A stretch of DNA of 64,000 nucleotides, taken from contig OZ024745.1 of assembly GCA_964016885.1 (NCBI GenBank), positions 35,588,001-35,652,000 of the forward strand, read 5' to 3'. The notes beneath the pieces are model-generated. The model was not told where the DNA came from and made no database searches. It saw only the letters and a program-made list of their open reading frames with translations. This DNA is from Eledone cirrhosa (taxonomy: Eukaryota). Made by a program: the position numbers and the translations under genes. Numbering within the stretch: the stretch's first letter is position 1; each line of letters starts with the position of its first letter. Of the stretch, positions 55,131-64,000 are shown piece by piece.

Positions 55131-55135
<5 letters not shown>
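54008..55135 (+). mobile_element. PLE 3' UTR / terminal repeat (family F)
   Basis: CA-rich sub-repeats, then sequence shared with 35644-37240 and 59589-59950; HHR and AATAAA near the end; runs into (TA)n. Confidence 0.85.
55024..55061 (+). ncRNA. Minimal hammerhead ribozyme, U3-A8 core (family F)
   Basis: CCTT-TTGAAAA-GCAG aagaa CTGC-GAAA-CCGG-TA-AAGG, then AATAAA at 55067. Confidence 0.82.
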
Positions 55136-55211
<76 letters not shown>

Positions 55212-55322
55212 CATATATATATATGTATATATATATATTTATATATACATATATATATTAAAATAACAGATTAAAGTTTAAGCCCTCTTTGGATTTTAGT
55301 CTTCATATTTATTATTATTATT

Positions 55323-55512
55323 GGTGCATTGGCAGTATCGGTAGAGCGTCGGACGCCATGTTTGACGCATAGAGTTACGGCCCTTGACATTCTGAGTTCA
55401 AATCCAGTCGAGGTTAACTTTGCCTTTCATCCTTACGGGGTCGATAAAATAAAGTACCAGTAATGCACTGGTGTAATTGCTGGCCTTGAGCCAAAATTAG
55501 AAACAATTATTA
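55323..55512 (+). mobile_element. SINE A inside (ATT)n
   Basis: Same consensus as 4442-4628. Confidence 0.9.
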
Positions 55513-55514
55513 TC

Positions 55515-55605
<91 letters not shown>

Positions 55606-55615
55606 ATATATATAT

Positions 55616-55802
55616 GGGAAAAAGTATGACCCCGACGGCAGAGCTCAAGCCGTTTCGACGGCTATTTCTGGAGTCCAGAAATAGCCGTTGAGCTCTGGCG
55701 TCGGGGTCATAATTTTTCCCATTTCCCACTCTACTACCCTAAGTATTGAGTACTCTGGTGCGTTATGGTCCATTTGGTTCCTTACCACAATTCCTTTGTT
55801 AT
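55616..55802 (+). mobile_element. 5'-truncated HHR-family repeat with a fold-back 5' end
   Basis: Hairpin centred on 55673; left arm on the minus strand reads GAAA-CGGC ttgagctct GCCG-TC-GGGG; family of 31692-31833. Confidence 0.8.
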
Positions 55803-55940
55803 ATATATATAAGTGTGTGTGTGTGTTATGATACCTCGTTCATACTGATAAATTCTATTTTTCGTGTAAAGTGTTAGTACATTTCTGTGTAAAACAGAGG
55901 TACATATTTCGTTATATTTTTATTACAAATTCAGTTAAAT

Positions 55941-56106
55941 CATACTATTGTACCGGGACGTTAGGGCCCATGGATGGATTTGAAGGAGGAATGGTAATCA
56001 GTAGAATCAGATGTCGAACATTTATATTTATATTTATATACATATCCTCTCGCCGGTCTATATTTTGCTTGGCGCCATCCTTGATTATAGTATATTCCAT
56101 ACACAG

Positions 56107-56176
<70 letters not shown>

Positions 56177-56342
56177 ATGGAATATACTATAATCAAGGAT
56201 AGCACCAAGCAAAATATAGACCGGCGAGAGGATATGTATATAAATATAAATATAAATATAAATGCTCGACATCTGATTCTACTGATTACTATTCCTCCTT
56301 CAAATCGATCCATGGGCCCTAACGTCCTGATACAATAGTATG
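55941..56342. repeat. ~400 bp palindrome centred on (CA)n(TA)n(TG)n
   Basis: CATACTATTGTA...TATATTCCAT mirrored by ATGGAATATA...TACAATAGTATG. Confidence 0.92.
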
Positions 56343-56711
56343 GGCCTTGTAATATCATACCGCATGCCTTGAGCTATTAAAGTAAAACGATCTGTTTCGG
56401 AGGAAAAGAGTGAAAGAAAGAGAAAGAGTGCGAGAGCGAGACACAGAACGCATGAAAAATAGAAATAGAGAGAGAAGTTAGAAAGAATCTACCCAGTCCT
56501 GGAATGGCACTGTGTTTCGCAAACTCAAATGTTGATTATGAGAGGATTTGAACACAAAATACGGAGGGCTAAGAGGAATAACGCAAAGCTTTCTTCTCTA
56601 TCTGAGGCTTTTTATTCATATGTTAAATCTGCGAATTTGACTTTGCCTTTTATCTTTGCTTGTTGAATTATTTATAAACATTATTTATAAAAATATAAAG
56701 ATTTATGGAAC

Positions 56712-56845
56712 TGAAGCGAAAACCAAACCAAAGCAAACAGTGAATGTGATTTATTATTGTTTTTGGCAATATTAGGACAATATGACCCTCCCAAAATATA
56801 ACAATCTGTTTCAACACGCGATTTCATATAAAAAAAATCTTGCAA
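56712..56845 (+). repeat. Diverged copy of the 40555-41155 family 3' end
   Basis: GAAGCGAAAACCAAACC..GGCAATATT..ATATGACCCTCCC..GATTTCATATAAAAAA. Confidence 0.75.
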
Positions 56846-59452
56846 ATCAAATACATCGCCGAAGGTAAATTTTCCAGTAAATCATTTCATGGTGACGACT
56901 ATTATTCGAATCTAACCAACTTATGAGACTTCGTGCTTATGTCGACACCCTTGCCCAAAAGAAAAACATGACAATAGTAGTAATTTCTGCTCTTTGTACT
57001 ACCCCGAATACATTGTATACATCACGCATATTTCTAGTATTAGAAAGTAAAAGGAAAAGACTCTCTGAAAAATAAAAATAAAATAAAATAAAATTGATAA
57101 TTAACATGAAATGTAGGAAATAAAATGTGCCGAAATTACAAAATGAAATAATCATTTTGCATACGTATATAATTGCTAATAATTTTCTGATAACGAAATA
57201 TATAACAACTTTGTCAAAGTGAAGAATGGCGTTTACCTTGAAAATACCATTTCAACATCTACTGTTAATTTATTGCACTCACTTGCCTAAAGCATGAGTA
57301 AACCGGAATATAAGAACAGAAAAACCATATATGACATCGTGATTCAACGTTGAAAATTCATTTACGAATTATCTGGTAAACATCAATGAAGATTTGAAAA
57401 TGTTCTTCCTACTTGTCAAATGTTACATATTCGTTGAATGAAGAATGAAGAAATGGTGTTATATATAAATTATATTTTCCTTTTCATGTTATACTGACAA
57501 TGTCTTTATACAAGTTCTTCAATTTTAAGACAACTACGATATCTACTGCCACCTATACTTGTTTTGTCTTATCTATCTTAATAAAAGTCTACATTTTAAT
57601 GATATCAATGCCACAGAAAGGCGTTAATAGTTGACATGTAGAAGACACTAGCCACGAGTGGTGATAAAACTGACGAATACAAAATTAGAGGAAACATAGT
57701 AAGCTGAATACCCTCTCGTTTTCAAACAAAAGCAACGGAGCAAAACAAAACAACAAAAAAAACCCATCTCATACGAGAAAGTTTATTACATGATTTAGTA
57801 TGTGTCATTTTGGGTGAAAGTATAGAAACCTGGAAGTTAATATGTATGGTAGAAACTTATTTTCATGTTATATAAAATAATGTACGAACATGAAATCATT
57901 AGAGATATGAAAAGTCGACATTTATTATAGTAATCGTACACACATATATTGTATGTGTATGTGTATTTGCTCGCGCATCTTTGTGTACATGAATTTGCGG
58001 CGTGCATGTGTAGTTGGATACATGACTTGAGTGATTTTATGAAATCTAGAAAAACTATTTCAAACTTCTGCGTAAGTAAAAATCAATAATTGCAAAGAAA
58101 GAATCTTTATTCTTACGTGAGATGTCATAAGAATTTACGAATATATTTGCATTATATTAAGATTACTTACACATACACCATGTCACATATTTAGTGGAAA
58201 GGTGTATTTGACATAGTCGGCTGCAATACTTAGTTTTTCCAGTTCAGTAAAATTGAACAGCAAAATCAACATCGTTAAGATTTGAACTCAAGGGGTAATG
58301 GAGGCAAGTAAATAGATTATATATGAAACCCATCGCTTAACTAATTCTGACTATACAACAGTCTTAATACTACATTATTTTAGGACGTAATGAGACACAG
58401 ACAAATATTTCATGTATGAAATTCACCGCTCAGCCAATCCTAATTATATACCAGTCTTAATGTTATGTTATTTTATGTATAGAGTGATATCTTCTTAAAC
58501 CAACGCAATTAAGACGGATATTGGATAAATCGGATAAAAGTTGAATTAAAAGAGTAAAAGCCACTTTTAAGTATCAGTTCTGTAGTGGCATTACTTTTGT
58601 GTATCATTGTTGTAGAGGTGTATACTCTGCGCATGTTAGTTTAGCGCTGTACACCGATCAAAAGTAGTACAGTCATGATAAATATTTAAGTCTATCATAT
58701 TTAAGTTTAGCATGTTTAGTGCGAGTAATTGTAGGTGAGACGATATGTCTCGGACATTTGAAAACTGGTGGAAAGCATCTCTTTCTAGGTTTGAACACAT
58801 ATAACTTCTTCCACAGAACGAAGGGGAGAGAAAAGTGAAAAAGAGAGATATCAGAAGAACCGTTTCAACTACTTTTCTGATAATTTATTCTTCGATTCTA
58901 TTTCCAATATAGTATATGAGTAAACCTATATCTTGTAACATCGGTTAACTCGGCCAATTAGCTAAAACGGACATACATCCATCTATTCAACTATATAGAT
59001 AGTTAAATTGTATTTTGTTAAAAAATCCGAAAAAAAACCCAATTACAGTATGATATTTAATACAAGTAAAAAGGTTTTGTTGGTTCCATTTATGGAATGT
59101 GAAACCGCGTTGTAAAAAGACTGAAGTGTCATCCACCATTTCGTCTATATTAAGGACAAAAAAGAAGAAATTAACATTATATATTTGGGAGAGAATTGTT
59201 TCCTAATCATTAAAGAACTAAACTTATGACTGTAAAAATAAGAATCTTTTTAACGCAAACTTTATGTATCGAACAGGATGTAGAATAAAGAAATGGTCAG
59301 GCTAGATGGAATTACGCCCATCCTTTTGGCAGTGTAATAATTTAAATGATAAAACACAACAACGTATACTGGAATATTTAAGGTGGGTTTAATACAGATA
59401 TAACTGCAGTTTATTATATAAGAAATGAATATATGAATATATATATAAATAA

Positions 59453-59556
<104 letters not shown>

Positions 59557-59659
59557 TTATGTATATATATATATATATACATATATATAGAAAAAGAGAT
59601 GAAATAGAAAATGCAACTGAAGTCTTATTTTTTTTAAAAATATATATATTTATTTGGTT

Positions 59660-59697
59660 CCTTTACCGGTTTCGCAGTTCTTCTGCTTTTCAAAAGG
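59660..59697 (-). ncRNA. Minimal hammerhead ribozyme, U3-A8 core (family F)
   Basis: Reverse complement of 55024-55061. Confidence 0.8.
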
Positions 59698-59772
59698 TGA
59701 GTTGAGATGGAGGGTCTGTGGTTTTTCTCACATCAGATGTGAGAAAAACCACAGACCCTCCATCTCAACTCA

Positions 59773-59810
59773 CCTTTTGAAAAGCAGAAGAACTGCGAAA
59801 CCGGTAAAGG
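59773..59810 (+). ncRNA. Minimal hammerhead ribozyme, U3-A8 core (family F)
   Basis: Identical to 55024-55061. Confidence 0.8.
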
Positions 59811-59942
59811 AACCAAATAAATATATATATTTTTAAAAAAAATAAGACTTCAGTTGCATTTTCGATTTCATATCTTTTTCTTTATACTTCCACTCGTGTA
59901 GGACACCTCGGTTATTTTTCATTTTGTAAAAAAAAACCTCAC

Positions 59943-59985
<43 letters not shown>

Positions 59986-60134
59986 GAAAGAGAGAGAATG
60001 AGAGAGAGAGATAAAATATAGTAGCGATCAGATTTCGTTCGTGGAAATCGAAGACTATGTCAAAATGCAATGGGTTTGACTCGACAAGTGAATTGTTTAT
60101 TTTAGTTTTTCCGTGATGATAAACCATGGGTACA

Positions 60135-60365
<231 letters not shown>

Positions 60366-60974
60366 TCACACATATGTATATAAACATAGAACGTTAGATG
60401 AACAAACATATTGATAACTAGACTATGGCCGGTACCTATAAAACTCAGAGTAAAATAATTTTCCGTTTATAGAATTTTCTCATTCCATTAATGTCTAGGT
60501 TATTATAGTTTCGTCTAAACAGTGGCATGAACAAAGCATAGTGGTATCAATGTTTGATTGTCATTAAGTAATTATAAATGTTCTTTAAAGTAAAAATGAA
60601 TGGACGAATATCTGTTTGATTTGATTAGTAAATGAAAGAGAAAAAAATATAGGAAAACATTTCAGCGTGGTTACATTATATGGTTATTTTTGTATACTTC
60701 TTCGTTTGCTCAATCACTTAATTATTTTTACATTTGTAGATCATGAAAGATCAAGACATACATACAAACACACACGCACAAACATACACACATATATATA
60801 TGAATTGACACAGGCATACACACACACACATATATATATTTTATATGTAGAGAGAGATATAAAACTTCTGATGATTTTTGATCAATAAATAAATAATTAT
60901 TAATTTAGTAAGAAGTCAGATGATTACCCAACTAGTATAATTGTTCTTTTATATGTGCTAGTGAATATAATTAA

Positions 60975-61117
<143 letters not shown>

Positions 61118-61853
61118 TGAATTGATATCATATATGAATTGATATCACCTACAATATCAGTTATGAATTAAATCATATTTTAATATTTCTTAAAGCTATT
61201 TTCTCATAAATTCCTAAAATGATTATACTCCTTTTTGTCCATATAAGTACGGATTTCTTTACTTAGTTATATCGCTAGCGAATCATGGCTTCTGTTTTAT
61301 GAATCTAAACATATAGCTTGCAGTTATACACCAGTCTACGTTATTATAGCTGATTGCTTCCCAAGCTAAGGGTTCAGAAATCATGCGCGAATAATACACA
61401 AATCCCATTGTCTACTGTATGCTTGGTACCTAATATAATAATGTTGGAACCTATAATCATATCATTGGTGTCTATTATTATATCATTGGTACCAATTATC
61501 TATTGTTTAGAAACAATAGTATTCTAATTTTACACCTCTAATTTACTTTGCTACTTCTTTATTCGATAGTAAGTCAGATTTCAAAACACCTCATGTTCAA
61601 GTTTCCCTTTTAACATTTCAGGTTCGATAAAAAAAAACAGTCAATAAGCAGTAGGTTGGCGAAATAAAGAATGCAGCAGAGAGCTTTACAACAATCGATC
61701 CTACCCAACGTGTTCTGAGCTGAAATAGCCTTTCCTTCTGTCAAGAGGTATGGCTGGCTGACAATATTTCCAACGGAAAGGCCAATAGAAAACTGCTTTT
61801 TTGATCCGATCTGAGGATCGGCTCCATTTCTTTTTTTTCTTTGTTTTGTTTAC

Positions 61854-62058
61854 CAATGAAGGCTGTTCATGGTAATGCCTCTAGCGTCTTTCATTTACCC
61901 CGAACATAGTGTCTCCCATATTTCCTGTGTTGTAACGAGACGGAATTGATTGTGAAACAGATTATCTGATATAGATATTCTTGGAGTGAATATAGTATCC
62001 ATGCACAACACAGTGTAAAATCAATGGGGGTATTAATCAGTTTACCGTTAATTTCAAA
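61854..62058 (-). pseudogene. Candidate decayed Ig-like exon
   Basis: AG and GT bounded; PLILHCVVHGY (B-strand-like) and FTINSV in different frames; stops present. Confidence 0.22.
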
Positions 62059-62858
62059 CTAATAAGATTTAAAATAGACTATAATGATATTTTCTGGAAC
62101 TATTTTCGATAAGGATAATATATTTATTTCATAATTGGATTTAAAAGACATAGGAACTGTATATTAAATGCTATTTTCTGCACATACAAATTAGCTCAGT
62201 TCTAGTACATTTCACCTAAAATGTTCTATATACAATTTGATAATCTAACAACGGTATAAGGTTGAATAAAACAGTTAAGCTGTCAGAAATGATGCAGCCA
62301 TTTTTGATTATTAATGAGTGATAATCGAATTTCCATTAAAAGATAGCTTCATAATTACAACAAAAGTCACGAATTAATTAATTAATGGAAAAAAGAAAGG
62401 GAAAATAATATAGCTAATGAAATTCTTAGAAGGAATATAGTATATTGTCTTAACCAACAATCAAATATGTCATTTATATATAATGATATCAATTGTGAAT
62501 GATTATATAATGAAAGCAGAGTGCAAAACTTGTTGATGACAGTAAATAACGAAATTTAATAAATCATTATGCAAGGAAGTCTACACTGCTATGAGATTGG
62601 TTTAACGAAAATAGAACAATAATTGATTATACACCAAAACATAAAAAAACGTAATTATATTGTGTCTTCTTGAACGGTACAGGTTCTTTAATCAAAATAT
62701 TCATAAATAGTTGATATATTTCAAAGGCAACTTATTATAAACTATTCACGAATTGTTTAGGTTTCCGTACTATTAATGTGATCCATTGTATTTCTCATTG
62801 TTTTAGTCTATAAATTCCTCAATCGTTCACCGTACTACTACAAAAAGGACATACATAC

Positions 62859-63155
62859 GTTGAATTATAGGCCATGTTGGGTTGTTACCGATTTCCCCTC
62901 GCAACTAGATTGTATCTCGATTGGTTTCATTGCACCCCATCCTTTGCAAATGACTAAAGCCTTGTAAGTGAGAAATTGCTGATACACAGAAACCGTGGCA
63001 CTGCTCATCAGTGGATGGATAATTGGTGGTAGAATTAATACGTTGGCCATCTTAATGATTTCCACTAGAGCCCAAATATGTTGGCATTGACTGATACCTT
63101 CCTGTCATCCTCCTAACTGATTAGAACAAAGTTGTATTTTCTCCTCTAACTAAGC
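62859..63155 (-). pseudogene. Candidate decayed 297 bp phase 1-1 exon, possibly Ig-like
   Basis: Acceptor TTTTCTGTGTTTTTAAG and donor GTATGT; frame VRGENTTLF*SV...NPTWPIIQ with three stops. Confidence 0.22.
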
Positions 63156-64000
63156 CTTAAAAACACAGAAAATATAGAAATATGATTGTAAGGGTTGGAA
63201 TTCAATTACTATTTCAAAACCTACAGAAATCATCTAATGACAACCACTTTGTTAGCTGCTAGAAACAGAAGTGATATCTCTCTCAATTCACACATTCATA
63301 TCTTAAACAAATAAACATAGCATAATGCAGTGATGAATACATAAAAAGAGGGAGATGGATGTAATTGTATCTTTTATTTTATCGTATATTTGCAGCATCT
63401 GAAATGATCAGAGGTTAATAACAACAACAACAACATCGACAGCATAAGTCACAAAAAAAAAAAAAGAAATACTAGAATAATGACAGACAAAAACGTTATA
63501 ATATATAATGAAGAATCTTTACGAGTTTCTTACTCATGAATTATGTATTGTCAACCCTTAAAAAATAAGTATGTGGTATGCATTTAATGTACCATTCCCA
63601 CTAGATAAACATATTAGTAACATATCTTTGAAGGGCAACCTTATGTTCCTACTTATATCTCTCAAATAGTTTTCTTTCTTTTTAATGTGTTTTAGTAAGG
63701 ATTTTTCTCATGGATCCATTATAGCTTTAAGTTTAGTTTAGCAAACTAAAATTCTATCATGCGTTTTTGATCTTTTACTTCTTATCATCTGAATGGAGCA
63801 TTTGATATTGCGGCGAGTTATTGATAAAGCAAAGCAAGAGACAACCGAGTACTCGAGTTGATTAAATAGAATATCAGGACCTTCAACTTATATATTTGTA
63901 CATATATATAAGTGGTAAAATGCCATGTGATATTCAGATACGTATATTTACGAGTTCAAATCCCGCATATGTTATCATTGTAAAAATAAATACAATAAAA

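Larger units (their letters stand above)
59589..59950 (+). mobile_element. Family F mini-element: ~293 bp near-perfect hairpin plus 3' extension
   Basis: Symmetry centre 59735 (1 nt loop), arms 59589-59881; 3' end CTCACTTTCTAAT as at 35644; (TA)n flanks. Confidence 0.92.

Noticed and set aside
57235-57495. Further Ig-like exon candidate (VYSC before a GTAAAC donor, minus)
   Set aside because: Motif too short and frame too disrupted
57670-57705. CTGACGA...GAAACATAGTA
   Set aside because: No stem I or stem II pairing

Overview
This is AT-rich, microsatellite-dense eukaryotic DNA. The SINE and LINE families look like those of an octopod cephalopod (an inference). I found no intact host gene. 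The window is mostly retroelements: R4/Dong-clade LINEs with a restriction-like (REL) endonuclease in (TAA)n tracts, one Tx1-type L1 in an (ATT)n tract, tRNA-derived SINEs with target-site duplications, and Penelope-like elements (PLEs) in (TA)n tracts. The main signal is a set of about 14 type I hammerhead ribozyme (HHR) motifs, intact or decayed, in about 9 unrelated repeat families. Four families use the covaried U3-A8 core (UUGANAA) instead of CUGANGA. One of these sits in the 3' terminal repeat of a Neptune-type PLE ORF (RT thumb plus GIY-YIG, 53063-54007). Several non-coding HHR elements form head-to-head fold-back palindromes. Also present: an inverted pair of tRNA-like units, and weak traces of decayed Ig-like exons on the minus strand. 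All structures were folded by eye and none has been tested.
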